Assembly (NCBI GenBank): GCA_964496765.1
Contig: CAZCAP010000002.1
Coordinates: 60,001 to 92,000 of the forward strand
DNA: 32,000 nucleotides
From: an uncultured archaeon
GTDB taxonomy: Archaea; Iainarchaeota; Iainarchaeia; Iainarchaeales; CSSED10-239
Reading direction: 5' to 3'
In this document: positions 15,880-26,429 of the stretch, piece after piece
How the letters are laid out: each line of letters starts with the position of its first letter
How positions within the stretch are numbered: position 1 is the stretch's first letter
Program-made: the position numbers and the translations under genes
Notes under the pieces: model-generated
The model's input: only the letters and a program-made list of their open reading frames with translations
Databases searched by the model: none
Told to the model about the DNA's origin: nothing

Positions 15880-18093
15880 TTAACTGCTTTTTTCTTCTGT
15901 GGATTTTTTAATCTTATTTTTCTTTGCGACTGGTGCTTTGGGTTTAATTACTTTTATAAGTTTTTCTTTTTTAATTTCTTCTTTTTTCTTAATCTTTTCG
16001 TCCTTTTCTTGTGCTTTCTTTTCTTTTGCGGCTACCTTTTCTTCTCTAGCTGCTTTTCTTTCTTCTATTTCTTTTCTCATTTCTTCTTTTGTTACACAGT
16101 TTGGGTTCAAGCACATCTCAAAATTAAGCCCTCTCTTTCCAGTCATCTTTATCATTGGTGCTTTACACTCTGGGCAAGCTCTATCCAATGGAGCTGCCTT
16201 TTTATTCTGAGGAAGTGGATAGGTTGTTCTACACTTAGGAAATCCAGAACATCCAACAAATTGCTTTCCACTAGATCCACCATATCTAATAACTAGATCC
16301 TTACCACAGTTAGGGCATTTACCAAGATATGAAGATGTGTGTATTCCACCCTTAAGTTCTTTAGCAATATCTTCTTTTTCTTTTAAAAGAATATCAACAA
16401 TTGTTTTTATGATATCTCTAGTCTTGTTTACAACATCATCTTTTTTTTTCTTACCTGCAGCAACTTCATCCATCTCTATTTCTGTGTTTGCAGTAAGAGC
16501 AGGATTAGTTATCTTTTCACAATATTTATTAAGAACAGAACAAACAGCAATTGCAATATCTGTTGGAGATATACTTTTTGCTCCTTCAATATAATTTCTA
16601 TCTTTAAGTTTTTGAATAATTGCTGGTCTAGTTGATTTTGTTCCTAAATTCTGTTCTTCCATTAATTTAATTAATCCACCTTCACTGTATTGTGCAGGAG
16701 GGGTTGTTTCTTTTTTATCAAGATTCATTTCATCTATGTTAACCTCATCTCCTTTTGCAAGATTAGGAAGGATGACTTCATTTAATTTAGAATAATAATA
16801 TATTTTTTTCCAACCAGCTTCAATAATTCTTTGACCAGAAACAGAAAAAGGTTCCTTCACAGCATCAATTACTGCTGATACATTTTCAGTAACTGCTTCC
16901 TTTGAAAGTGTTGCTAAGAATCTTCTAACAATTAATTCATATATTCTTTGTGAATTTCCAGTTAACCTATCTGAATATCCAACTGGGTGTATTGGTGGAT
17001 GATCTGTTGTTTCCTTATCCCCCCTTGATGGATGTAGAGGTTTTTTAATAATCTCATCAATATATTCTTTATATGTTCTATTTGTGGATAGGTTTTTCAA
17101 TATTTCTTTTAAATCTAGGCTCGGAGGATAAACTGTGTTATCTGTTCTTGGGTAACTAATTAATCCTTCTTGATATAGGTTTTCTGCAAGAGAAGAAGCT
17201 TGGCTAGTTCCAATTCCTAGAGAGCTTGCTGCTCTAAGAAAGCTAGTTGTATTGAAAGGTGCGGGTTTAGGAATTCTCTTTTCCTGTTTATCAACAGACT
17301 TTACAATTCCTGTTTTTGCATTTTTAATTATTTCATAAATTTTATTTGCAAGATTAAGATCAAACATTTTTCCATTTTTATGTATTCCTTCAAACTTAAT
17401 CCTGTGTTTTTCAAATATTATTCTAATCACATGATACTTTTCAGGAACGAATTTTCGTCTTTCTAGTTCTCTTTCAACAATGAGATTTAAAAGTGGGGTC
17501 TGTACTCTTCCAGCAGATAAAAACATCTTACCCTTTCTATTTCCAACAACAGAAAGATATCTAGTTAATATTGCTCCCCATAGCAAATCAATCTCTTGTC
17601 TTGTAAACACAGAATATGCAAAATTAAAATCAAATTGTCTTAGGTTTGAGAATGCATCTCCGACTTCCTTATCTGTTAATGCACTAAAATATGCTCTTGA
17701 AAGCTTTGCGTTCTTGTTTTTCTTAAGTAAATAGTTATAGGCCTCTAGTCCAATGGCTTCTCCTTCCCTATCTGCATCTGTTGCAATAATAATTTCATCA
17801 AGGTCTTTTCTTTCCTTTTCTAATTCTGAAATTATTTTTTTCTCATACCCAATATATGCGAATTTCTTATCCGCAAGTGCTTTGAGGGTATATATATTCC
17901 AATATCTGTCCTCATCAATGAAATCAACTGTATTTATGTGACCTCTGAGAGGAATAAGTAGATACTCTTTCCCAGTTGATCCCCATTTAAAGCAGGGAAA
18001 CCCTTTTTCTTGGTTTGTTTCGAAATTATTTTTTGAAAGTATTGCTGCAATTCTTTTTCCTGCAATTGGTTTTTCAGAAATAATTATTTTCAT
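15880..18093 (-). CDS. topA: DNA topoisomerase I (type IA), with C-terminal zinc fingers and Lys-rich tail
   Basis: TOPRIM start MKIIISEKPIAGKRIAAIL, DEIIIATDADREGEAIG, GRVQTPLLNLIVERELERR, GLISYPRTDNTVYP, LGKCPNCGKDLVIRYGGSSGKQFVGCSGFPKCRTTYPLP. Confidence 0.95.
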   Translation of the reverse strand: MKIIISEKPIAGKRIAAILSKNNFETNQEKGFPCFKWGSTGKEYLLIPLRGHINTVDFIDEDRYWNIYTLKALADKKFAYIGYEKKIISELEKERKDLDEIIIATDADREGEAIGLEAYNYLLKKNKNAKLSRAYFSALTDKEVGDAFSNLRQFDFNFAYSVFTRQEIDLLWGAILTRYLSVVGNRKGKMFLSAGRVQTPLLNLIVERELERRKFVPEKYHVIRIIFEKHRIKFEGIHKNGKMFDLNLANKIYEIIKNAKTGIVKSVDKQEKRIPKPAPFNTTSFLRAASSLGIGTSQASSLAENLYQEGLISYPRTDNTVYPPSLDLKEILKNLSTNRTYKEYIDEIIKKPLHPSRGDKETTDHPPIHPVGYSDRLTGNSQRIYELIVRRFLATLSKEAVTENVSAVIDAVKEPFSVSGQRIIEAGWKKIYYYSKLNEVILPNLAKGDEVNIDEMNLDKKETTPPAQYSEGGLIKLMEEQNLGTKSTRPAIIQKLKDRNYIEGAKSISPTDIAIAVCSVLNKYCEKITNPALTANTEIEMDEVAAGKKKKDDVVNKTRDIIKTIVDILLKEKEDIAKELKGGIHTSSYLGKCPNCGKDLVIRYGGSSGKQFVGCSGFPKCRTTYPLPQNKKAAPLDRACPECKAPMIKMTGKRGLNFEMCLNPNCVTKEEMRKEIEERKAAREEKVAAKEKKAQEKDEKIKKKEEIKKEKLIKVIKPKAPVAKKNKIKKSTEEKSS

Positions 18094-18143
18094 TTTAATG
18101 TATCCATATATTTTGTTTATAACCCACTAGAAAAAGAAATAAA

Positions 18144-18614
18144 TTAGAAGGTTGTTTGTAAAATCTTACTTGGTAAGTTTTTGCTTGCCTTGTATTCTTT
18201 AATGTAGGTAAGTGTATTTACATTTGTGATTCCATCTATTGAATAAACATTATCCAATATTTTTTTAAGATTGTTTTTGTCGGTTGCAATTACCTCTGCA
18301 ACAAAATTGTATTGCCCAGTAACCCCCTTGAGTGCAATTACGTCTTCCATGTCCTTTAGTTTTTTAATAATCTCGTTTTGCTTTGGAGGATCAATCATTA
18401 TCAGCATTTCTATGTGTTCAGAAAATCCAATAATTGTGTAATCCACTTCTGCAAATATGGATTTAATAATTCCCTTTTGCTTTAGTCTTTCAAGGCGCTT
18501 CTTAATTGCAACATCTGTTAAATTTATTTCCTTAGCAATATTTGCAAAAGAAATTCTCCCATCTACTATTAATTTTTCAATAATGTGTTTATCTATTTTA
18601 TCTATCACTTGCAT
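18144..18614 (-). CDS. Lrp/AsnC family transcriptional regulator
   Basis: DKIDKHIIEKLIVDGRISFANIAKEINLTDVAIKKRLERLKQKGII HTH plus the C-terminal RAM/AsnC-like domain. Confidence 0.9.
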   Translation of the reverse strand: MQVIDKIDKHIIEKLIVDGRISFANIAKEINLTDVAIKKRLERLKQKGIIKSIFAEVDYTIIGFSEHIEMLIMIDPPKQNEIIKKLKDMEDVIALKGVTGQYNFVAEVIATDKNNLKKILDNVYSIDGITNVNTLTYIKEYKASKNLPSKILQTTF

Positions 18615-18634
18615 AATAACACCCTCTAGTTTAA

Positions 18635-19351
18635 TTATAATTGACTTCTTGGTTTTAATAATCTGTATTTGTTTAGATATACTTCTGTTTTAAGTATTTC
18701 AATATATGGAATTATAAATATCACAAATACAAATATTGAAATAATTGGACCCACAATACTTCCAAATGCAATATCAATAATATATGTTATGAACATTAAA
18801 AGAAATGCAGCAACAAACAAACTAATCATAAAGAACCAATTTCTTTTCCAATATTTTGTACTAATTATTATAGATGCGCCTATAGATTCCTTTTCCATAA
18901 TAATAACCTGTGGAACAAACCAAAGCATTAGTGTTATTATTAATAAAACTAATGATATGATAATATTATTCAATAGAAATAAATTGTATAGCACTACAGA
19001 TATTCCGTACATTAATAAAAAGAAAACCCAATTGAATTTAGTTAACTTAATGAAATGTGATTTAATATCCCTTGCCTGAACCCTATCACTAATCTTATAG
19101 TCTGATCCAATTCTATAAATTAAAACAGTTTGTATAAGACTGTACACAAAAATTATTACAAGACAGGATATTATTGTTAATATGATGTCTCCTGGAACCT
19201 GATCAAGAATATTATATGAAATATTAAGATTACCACCAAACACACTAAATATTGGATTTATTAAAAATAATAAAAACAAAAATAGTACGCTTAATGAAAG
19301 AATTATTTTATAATTTTCAAAATATTTTCTAAAAGTAATTCCAATATCCAT
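18635..19351 (-). CDS. Multi-pass membrane protein of unknown function
   Basis: Long ORF with about six hydrophobic segments; codirectional with the Lrp gene. Confidence 0.75.
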   Translation of the reverse strand: MDIGITFRKYFENYKIILSLSVLFLFLLFLINPIFSVFGGNLNISYNILDQVPGDIILTIISCLVIIFVYSLIQTVLIYRIGSDYKISDRVQARDIKSHFIKLTKFNWVFFLLMYGISVVLYNLFLLNNIIISLVLLIITLMLWFVPQVIIMEKESIGASIIISTKYWKRNWFFMISLFVAAFLLMFITYIIDIAFGSIVGPIISIFVFVIFIIPYIEILKTEVYLNKYRLLKPRSQL

Positions 19352-19495
19352 ACCTGACCATCTTCTTTCTATGTTTTATTCAATATATAATATAATTTGT
19401 TTTCTATATAATTAGTCTATCAAATAATTTATATACTTAACATTTTTAGGGGATATTCTTTAGTTTTCATCCCAAGGGTGTTTTTTATTGCTTTT

Positions 19496-20716
19496 TTACC
19501 CAAGAAGATAGTATTCTTTAGACCCATTTATCTTGATTTTTGCTATGTTTCCTAGCTTAATTTTTCCATTTTTATTTGATTTTATAACAACAGGCAGATA
19601 TTCCTCTGTTTTTCCAAGAAATTCGTTTTTGTTTGTGGCTTGTTCGTTGACTAGAACCTGTTTGGTTTGTCCAACAAATATAACAGAATTGTTCCTTGCA
19701 ATCTCTTTTGCAACCTTCGCAAGAATTCTAGATCTCTCCTTCTTAATTTGTCCGTGGAGATCCTTTAGGTTATTTGCTTCTATTCCTTTTCTTTTTCCAA
19801 ATCTTGAAATATTAATTAATGGGGGTTTAATTTTTTTAATAAATTTTATTGTGTTTTCAAACTCTTTTTCTGTTTCTTCTGGAAAACCAACAATCACATC
19901 TGTTGCAATTGTTATTGTTGGGTGAACTTTTCTAAAATAATTAATAATGGTTTCAATTTCCTGCGTTTTATAATATCTATTCATTTTTTTTAGTGTGTTA
20001 TTATCTCCTGCTTGAATAGGGATGTGTAGGAACTTATAAATTTTTTTGTTTTTATATACTTTAGCAAGTTCTTTATAAAATTTAATTAGATGTTGTGGGT
20101 TTGCCATTCCTAATCTTATTCTAAATTCACCAGGTATTTTAATTATTTCTTTAAGTAGATTTACTATGTTTGTCTTAATATCTAATCCATAGCAACCAGT
20201 GTCCTGGGCAGTAAGTAATATTTCTTTTGATCCGTTTTTTAGTGCAAATTTAGTTTCCTCTAGTATTTCCTTAATTAGTTTACTTTTCAGTCTTCCTCTT
20301 GCAAATTTGACTGCGCAATAAGTGCATGCTCCAAGACAGCCGTTTGCAATAATTATTGCCTGAGTTATTTTTTTCTGAGATTTAATTTTACTTTTAGAAA
20401 AAATTAATTTTTTTAATTTTTTTACATCTTTTAACCCAAAATAGTTTGCTTTTGGGCACGTTCTTCTAAGTCCAGATGAATCAATATCAACAAGACACCC
20501 AAACAATATAATTTTTTTATCTTTCGTTCCATTTTTTTTAAGTTCCTGCAGATATTTAATTATTTTAAACTCTGTTTGTTCTTTAACCCCGCAGGTGTTT
20601 ATAAGAATAAAATCCGCAGAATTTATATTTTCTGTTAATATTGTATGATTGGTTAATTCTTCACTAGTTCTTTGATTTAGAGTGCATCCAAATGTTTTAA
20701 CAAATATAGTTTTCAT
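19496..20716 (-). CDS. tRNA t6A37 methylthiotransferase (archaeal/eukaryotic MtaB/CDKAL1-like radical SAM)
   Basis: KTFGCTLNQRTSE, IIIANGCLGACTYCAVKFARGRLKS (radical-SAM CxxxCxxC), TIATDVIVGFPEETEKEFENT, C-terminal TRAM-like region. Confidence 0.9.
   Translation of the reverse strand: MKTIFVKTFGCTLNQRTSEELTNHTILTENINSADFILINTCGVKEQTEFKIIKYLQELKKNGTKDKKIILFGCLVDIDSSGLRRTCPKANYFGLKDVKKLKKLIFSKSKIKSQKKITQAIIIANGCLGACTYCAVKFARGRLKSKLIKEILEETKFALKNGSKEILLTAQDTGCYGLDIKTNIVNLLKEIIKIPGEFRIRLGMANPQHLIKFYKELAKVYKNKKIYKFLHIPIQAGDNNTLKKMNRYYKTQEIETIINYFRKVHPTITIATDVIVGFPEETEKEFENTIKFIKKIKPPLINISRFGKRKGIEANNLKDLHGQIKKERSRILAKVAKEIARNNSVIFVGQTKQVLVNEQATNKNEFLGKTEEYLPVVIKSNKNGKIKLGNIAKIKINGSKEYYLLG
19668..19685 (-). 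repeat. Dispersed motif, 18-nt copy TGTTATATTTGTTGGACA inside the MTTase ORF
   Basis: Plus strand reads tgtccaacaaatataaca; encodes ..VIFVGQ.. on the gene strand. Confidence 0.65.
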
Positions 20717-20763
20717 AAATATACTCCACCAATTGAATAGGTGTACAATAAAATATTATGAAA

Positions 20764-21162
20764 TTATTTTTCAGAAAAAATAATTCCAAATATCCCTGCT
20801 ATAATGAATTCTAAGAATGCTGAATCTAAAAGCATTTTAAAAAATTGTAATTGCATTGGCCAGGTTGGATTTAACAACTTAATCTGCCATGCATAAAATA
20901 AGACTGCAATATAGAATGCAAATACTCCTGCAATTGCAAAAATTATTGCAATCCAATACTTATTTTTATAATTAGTATATTTTTCTATTATTGGAGTTAA
21001 ATAATAAAATCCAATGAATCCAATAAGTGGAAGAAATATGTACATGGGTGTTGTGAAATAATTACTTTTCGTTAATAGATAAATTAAACCCTGTGAAATC
21101 ACAAAAGATATAATTAACCACACACTAAACCTAATAACTTTATTTCTTCTTTCTTTCTTCAT
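20764..21162 (-). CDS. Small membrane protein of unknown function
   Basis: Hydrophobic 132-aa ORF with about four transmembrane segments. Confidence 0.65.
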   Translation of the reverse strand: MKKERRNKVIRFSVWLIISFVISQGLIYLLTKSNYFTTPMYIFLPLIGFIGFYYLTPIIEKYTNYKNKYWIAIIFAIAGVFAFYIAVLFYAWQIKLLNPTWPMQLQFFKMLLDSAFLEFIIAGIFGIIFSEK

Positions 21163-21287
21163 ATTAATTTTCCTAATAAATGTTGATATATATAGAACAA
21201 TAAAAAGTGTTATAAATATATTGGGTTATTATTTTAAGTGTAATATAGATATAATATATTGAAAATAGAACCTAGATTGCGATATTT

Positions 21288-22277
21288 ATGACTCAAAAGA
21301 ACGAAAACACCTTTCCCTGGACTGAAAAATACAGACCAAAGAGGTTAGCTGACGTGGTTGGGCAAAAACACATCCTTGAAAGATTAAAAAAGTATGTGGA
21401 GAAAAGATCAATTCCAAACATGTTGTTTTCTGGACCTCCTGGGGTTGGTAAAACTTGTTGTGCAGTTGCTCTTGCAAGAGAGTTATTTGGACCCACTTTT
21501 AATCAGGATTTTTTAGAACTTAATGCATCCGATGAACGTGGAATTGGTATAGTTAGAGGAGAAATAAAAGAATTCGCAATGACCATCCCTCTCGGAGCTG
21601 ATTTTAAAATTATTTTTTTGGATGAGGCTGATGCCCTTACTGTTGATGCTCAGCAGGCACTAAGAAGAACCATGGAAAAGTATACTGGAACCGTTAGATT
21701 TATTTTAAATGCAAACTATGCATCAAAATTAATTTCTCCAATTCAAAGCAGATGTTCTTTATTTAAATTTAAACCTCTATCTAGAGAAGAGGTTTCTGAT
21801 AAAATAACTGATGTAGTAAAACACGAAAATATAAAAATAGATGATGATGCAATAAATGCAATTTATGACATTTGTGAAGGAGATATGAGACTTGCTCTTA
21901 ATTATCTTCAAAGTTCAGCATCAACAACTGATCACATTAAAAAAGAAACAATATATAGTGTTTCAAATGCAGCACAACCAAAGGACATTTTAAATCTTAT
22001 TGATTCTTGTCTTGCAGGTAATTTTCTTGATGCTAGAAAGCATTTAGAAACATTATTATTTGATCAGGGGCTATCGGGAGAGGACATAATTAGTCAACTA
22101 TATAAAAAAATAGTTTCCTATCCTGAAGAAAAATTAAATATAAAACACAAAATACAAATAATAGATAAGATAGCAGAAATTAACTTTAGGCTAGTGGAGG
22201 GTGCAAACGATAGAATACAATTGGAAGCACTTCTAGCACAAATAATATTAATAAACCACATAAATAAGGGTGAATAA
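21288..22277 (+). CDS. rfcS: Replication factor C small subunit (clamp loader)
   Basis: PWTEKYRPKRLADVVGQKHILERLKKYV, NMLFSGPPGVGKTCCAVALARELFG, ELNASDERGIGIVRGEIKEFA, FLDEADALTVDAQQALRRTMEKY. Confidence 0.95.
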   Translation: MTQKNENTFPWTEKYRPKRLADVVGQKHILERLKKYVEKRSIPNMLFSGPPGVGKTCCAVALARELFGPTFNQDFLELNASDERGIGIVRGEIKEFAMTIPLGADFKIIFLDEADALTVDAQQALRRTMEKYTGTVRFILNANYASKLISPIQSRCSLFKFKPLSREEVSDKITDVVKHENIKIDDDAINAIYDICEGDMRLALNYLQSSASTTDHIKKETIYSVSNAAQPKDILNLIDSCLAGNFLDARKHLETLLFDQGLSGEDIISQLYKKIVSYPEEKLNIKHKIQIIDKIAEINFRLVEGANDRIQLEALLAQIILINHINKGE

Positions 22278-22279
22278 AT

Positions 22280-24043
22280 TTGCCAACATATTTAGATGAA
22301 CTTGTTTCAAAATACAATAAACCAAAGGACGCAGGAACTCCAGAGGTGATCTCTGATTCCTCAAAACCAAAAACAGACTCAAATGATTTTAAAGAAAAAG
22401 TAATTTCAATTGATGCAATTTCACAAAACAAACCAGTTCAAAATATAGGTTCTATTTCACCTCCTGAAATTAAAAAAGAAGAAATAAAAGATATGAATCA
22501 ACTAACTTCCATTAAAGATTTAATTTCAAAGAGTACAAGCGATGAAAATAAAATAAACAAACTGGATGATTCATCAAATTTTGATGATTATTTGTCTGGT
22601 AAAAAAACAACCCTAATAACTAAGTATGGGCAAACAGAAATTTATAGAATCGAGGGTGAACAATTATTACATTATAAAATTCCAATTCCAAAACCAAATC
22701 CTTCTCAAAAACTTATTATAAACACATTAAAAGAAGCAACAACCAGATTGATTTCATCAGACCCCTATAAAATAAGGGATCCACTACAGAGAAGGAATAT
22801 CTATTATCAAAAAATAATTGAAATTTTAGAAAACGCATCTGAAATAAATATTCCAAAGCACATGTTTGATTTTTATGCGGATGCGGTTGTTAAAGAAATG
22901 ACTGGTTATGGAATAATTGAACCACTACTTCAGGATGATAAGCTTGAAGAAGTAATGATTGTTGGACCAAAAAAACCAGTGTATGTTTATCATTCAGAAT
23001 ATGGTATGCTTAGTACAAACATCGCTTTTAATACTGATGAAGAAATAGAAGAAATAATCGATAAAATCGCAAGAACTCTTGGTCGTCAGGTTGATATTTC
23101 AAATCCAATTCTTGATGCAAGACTACCAGATGGTTCTCGTGTTAATGCAACCATCCCTCCTGCATCCATTGATGGTGCAACAGTTACAATTAGAAAATTC
23201 AGAGCAGATCCCTACACAATTGTAGATATAGTTAATAAAAAAACAGTAAATGTAGAGGTTGCTGCATTTCTATGGTCTGTTGTTGAGGGTTTTGGAGCAA
23301 AACCAGCAAACATATTAATTTCTGGAGGAACAGGTTCAGGAAAAACAACTCTATTAAATGTTTTAGCAAATTTCATTCCTGAAAAAGATAGAATATTAAC
23401 AATTGAGGACACTGCAGAATTACAATTACCATTGAAGCATCTAATTAGATTTGAAGGGAGACCACCTGGAGTTGAAGGAAAAGGTGAATTAAGTTTAGAG
23501 ATATTAACTAAAAACACATTGAGAATGAGACCAGATAGAATAATTGTAGGAGAAATTCGTCATAAGGAAGCAAACGCATTATTCACTGCAATGAACACTG
23601 GTCACGATGGATGTATGGGAACTATCCATGCAAATTCAGCAAGAGAAACACTTGTAAGAATAACCTCTCCACCAATGAATGTGCCTATGCTTATGCTTGC
23701 AGGATTAGATTTTATAATTATTCAAAAAAGGATTGCTACACCAAAAGGCCAAGTTAGAAGAATCACTGCAATTGCAGAGGTTACCGGTGTTTTAGATAAC
23801 GATCCAAAAGCTAATATTATATTTCAATGGAATCCTCAAACAGATGAGCTTGAAAGGACAGATCTCCCAATACGCTATTTTGATACAATAAAAAACTATA
23901 CAAATTTATCAGATTTAGATATAAAACAAAAAATCGAATCAAGGATAAAGATTTTAAATGAGATGGTTACTAATAAAGTAAGAGACTTAACTGAAGTTTC
24001 AAAAATTATCCAAGGAAGTTATGCGAAAATCATATATAATTAA
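22280..24043 (+). CDS. Type II/IV secretion system ATPase (TadA/VirB11/pilus assembly ATPase)
   Basis: NILISGGTGSGKTTLLNVLANFIPEKDRILTIEDTAELQLP, LRMRPDRIIVGEIRHKEANALFTAMNTGHDGCMGTIHANSARE; TTG start preceded by GGTG. Confidence 0.93.
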   Translation: MPTYLDELVSKYNKPKDAGTPEVISDSSKPKTDSNDFKEKVISIDAISQNKPVQNIGSISPPEIKKEEIKDMNQLTSIKDLISKSTSDENKINKLDDSSNFDDYLSGKKTTLITKYGQTEIYRIEGEQLLHYKIPIPKPNPSQKLIINTLKEATTRLISSDPYKIRDPLQRRNIYYQKIIEILENASEINIPKHMFDFYADAVVKEMTGYGIIEPLLQDDKLEEVMIVGPKKPVYVYHSEYGMLSTNIAFNTDEEIEEIIDKIARTLGRQVDISNPILDARLPDGSRVNATIPPASIDGATVTIRKFRADPYTIVDIVNKKTVNVEVAAFLWSVVEGFGAKPANILISGGTGSGKTTLLNVLANFIPEKDRILTIEDTAELQLPLKHLIRFEGRPPGVEGKGELSLEILTKNTLRMRPDRIIVGEIRHKEANALFTAMNTGHDGCMGTIHANSARETLVRITSPPMNVPMLMLAGLDFIIIQKRIATPKGQVRRITAIAEVTGVLDNDPKANIIFQWNPQTDELERTDLPIRYFDTIKNYTNLSDLDIKQKIESRIKILNEMVTNKVRDLTEVSKIIQGSYAKIIYN

Positions 24044-24058
24044 ATTGATTGAATTGAT

Positions 24059-25201
24059 ATGGATGACAAAAAATTAATTAGATTAAAAGAAGACACCATA
24101 AAGAGTCCAACTAAAAAGAGTAACGTAGACTTGGATGTGGTTCAAAACATTGTTAATAAGATGAAAAAGAAATCTGCTGCCCAGGGGACGGCTGGAAATG
24201 TTTCTGAAGTTCATTTGAAAGAGCTACGAGAAATAATTTCTGAAGGGAAGTTATCTAATCTTGATGCAGACACAGAATCTAAATTAGTATCTGGGAATGA
24301 TTCTTCTTTAGAAAAAAGTTTAGTTAAATTTTATAAACCATTTAAAGCATTTATTAATTACATAGTGATGCTCATTGCAAAAAATTCAATTGGTAAAAAA
24401 ATATCTTTTTATTTAACATCTGCTAACATTAAAAAAACATTAGTTCAACATTTGGTTTTTTCAGTATTATTTTCTATGTTAATTTCTGGATTTATTTCTT
24501 TATTATTAGTTTTATTATTTACCTATTATAATCCACTTCTATTGATTATAATTCCATTTGTTTTTATTGGTCTTTTAGCCATATTAATTTTAATGTTTGC
24601 ATATTTGTTACCTATGCAAAAAGCGAAAATAAGAGGGGTTTTAATTGATGTTGAATTACCCTATGCTCTTCGTCACATAGCAACAGAATTGCAAGCAGGA
24701 ATTGGGTTATTTAAGGTTTTACAATCTGTTGCAAAGAATGATTATGGTGTTCTTTCTGAAGAAATGAATAGAACAATATTAGAGATTGAAAATGGAACAG
24801 ATACAAAAACCGCACTAAGACATGCTACTCTTAGAAGTCAATCTAAAAATTATAATATTGCGTTATTCCACATTGTAAGAACTCTAAACACTGGTGGTAA
24901 TCTTGCAGAAACAATTAATGGGGTTGCTGATTCTGTTTCTTTTGATTTAATGGAATCTGCAAAAGTATTCGGAGAAAAAATGAATTTCTTTGGAATTATT
25001 TTTATTTTTATGGCAATCGTTATGCCTGTGTTTGCTTCGATTTTAGGTGCAATTGCAAACTCACCATTGGGTCAGGATGGGTCTCTATTCCTTCCTGGAG
25101 TGATGACACCAACTATATTGAGTTTAATTTATTTAGTTGCTTTACCAATAATATTTATATTTTTAATATTGTATATTAAAATGATAGAACCAAAGATGTG
25201 A
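24059..25201 (+). CDS. Type II secretion F-domain (TadC-like) pilus membrane protein, first paralog
   Basis: T2SF-type VELPYALRHIATELQAGIGLFKVLQSVAKNDYGVLSEEMNRTILEIENGTD with C-terminal TM helices. Confidence 0.85.
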   Translation: MDDKKLIRLKEDTIKSPTKKSNVDLDVVQNIVNKMKKKSAAQGTAGNVSEVHLKELREIISEGKLSNLDADTESKLVSGNDSSLEKSLVKFYKPFKAFINYIVMLIAKNSIGKKISFYLTSANIKKTLVQHLVFSVLFSMLISGFISLLLVLLFTYYNPLLLIIIPFVFIGLLAILILMFAYLLPMQKAKIRGVLIDVELPYALRHIATELQAGIGLFKVLQSVAKNDYGVLSEEMNRTILEIENGTDTKTALRHATLRSQSKNYNIALFHIVRTLNTGGNLAETINGVADSVSFDLMESAKVFGEKMNFFGIIFIFMAIVMPVFASILGAIANSPLGQDGSLFLPGVMTPTILSLIYLVALPIIFIFLILYIKMIEPKM

Positions 25202-25205
25202 TTAT

Positions 25206-26099
25206 ATGAAATTTTTAGAAAGATATCAAATATATCTTTATGGACAAAAAATAAAAATACCAGCATTATATTGGTTAGGTATAATTTTTACGTTTTCTCT
25301 TTTGCTTGGAATAGGAGGATATTTCATAGATGCAAAAATTGGATTCCTATTATTTGTAATATTATTAGATTTAGGATATGGTATTCCCATATACCTTTAT
25401 GATAGTCACATTAAACAAATAGAAAGATACTGGCCTGAAGCACTTAAACTAATTGCTGACACCATGAAAGCTGGATCCTCATTTGATTATGCATTGAGAG
25501 AAGTTTGTGTTGCTGATTTTGGGCCCCTATCATTCGAAATAAATGAAGTTATTAGAAGAATAGAAATGGGAGATACCACTGTTAAAGCACTTGGATTTTT
25601 ATCCTATAGGGTCGAATCAAAAGTTGTTAGAAGAACAGTTACATTAATTCAGGAATCATTGAGAACTGGTGCTCCATTAGCAGATGTTTTAGAAGAAATT
25701 GCTAATGATACAAAATACATTTATAGAATTAAAAAGGAAAGACAAACAAAAACAATGCTTCAAACAATATTTATTGTTGCTGCTGGTTCAGTTGTTGCTC
25801 CTTTCATTTTTGGATTAACAAGAGTAATTACAGAATTTTTAACAAATGTAGCAACTGACACCGGAATTGCGTCTGCTTCTGCATTGGTAGTTGCAATGCA
25901 AACCCAGGCTACAATCTTTTTACTACTTGATATTTATATTATCTTAGAGGTTCTTGCTGCTTCCGCAATGATTAGTATGATGAGAGAAGGTAAGCTAAGT
26001 CCAATGTATGTATTTTTTCCTGTAATGATAACCATTGCATACACTGTATATCTCATAGCCCAGGTTGTTTTAAGAGGAATGCTTGCAGGAATGATATGA
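25206..26099 (+). CDS. Type II secretion F-domain (TadC-like) pilus membrane protein, second paralog
   Basis: YWPEALKLIADTMKAGSSFDYALREVCVADFGPLSFEINEVIRRIEMGDTTVKALGFLSYRVES, several TM helices. Confidence 0.85.
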   Translation: MKFLERYQIYLYGQKIKIPALYWLGIIFTFSLLLGIGGYFIDAKIGFLLFVILLDLGYGIPIYLYDSHIKQIERYWPEALKLIADTMKAGSSFDYALREVCVADFGPLSFEINEVIRRIEMGDTTVKALGFLSYRVESKVVRRTVTLIQESLRTGAPLADVLEEIANDTKYIYRIKKERQTKTMLQTIFIVAAGSVVAPFIFGLTRVITEFLTNVATDTGIASASALVVAMQTQATIFLLLDIYIILEVLAASAMISMMREGKLSPMYVFFPVMITIAYTVYLIAQVVLRGMLAGMI

Positions 26100-26109
26100 A
26101 ATTTCGTAG

Positions 26110-26295
26110 ATGATGTTTATGAGAGAAAAACTTAAAAAAATTATAAAAGAAGAAAAGGCACAGGTGTCTTTGGAGTTTTTAATTATACTTGGAATTGTTG
26201 CTCTTGCTGCAGTTGCTGTTGGGTTTTATTTAAAGCAGGTATCTGCAAAGAATGTTAAAAATGCAACAAGTACACAAGCTGATGCAATGAAGTAA
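26110..26295 (+). CDS. Small class III signal peptide pilin-like protein
   Basis: KEEKAQVSLEFLIILGIVALAAVAVGFYLK; charged n-region, Q-x-S-x-E-(F/Y), hydrophobic helix. Confidence 0.85.
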   Translation: MMFMREKLKKIIKEEKAQVSLEFLIILGIVALAAVAVGFYLKQVSAKNVKNATSTQADAMK

Positions 26296-26323
26296 ATCAA
26301 TTAGGTTAACTTTCCTAAACAGA

Positions 26324-26336
26324 AATATATATAAAT
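26324..26336 (+). promoter_or_regulatory. Candidate TATA box upstream of the pilin paralogs
   Basis: aaatatatataaat in the 135-bp gap between pilin-like genes 26110..26295 and 26430..26903. Confidence 0.35.
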
Positions 26337-26429
26337 CTGACGTTCTTATATATAGTAAATAATTATTATATCTTGAAAAAAGATTATAATAAAAAAACTT
26401 AAAAAAACAAAATAAATAGGTGAAATAAA

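Noticed and set aside
13520-17941. Plus-strand ORFs within cdc48 and topA
   Set aside because: Antisense frames to strongly conserved genes, with no independent support.
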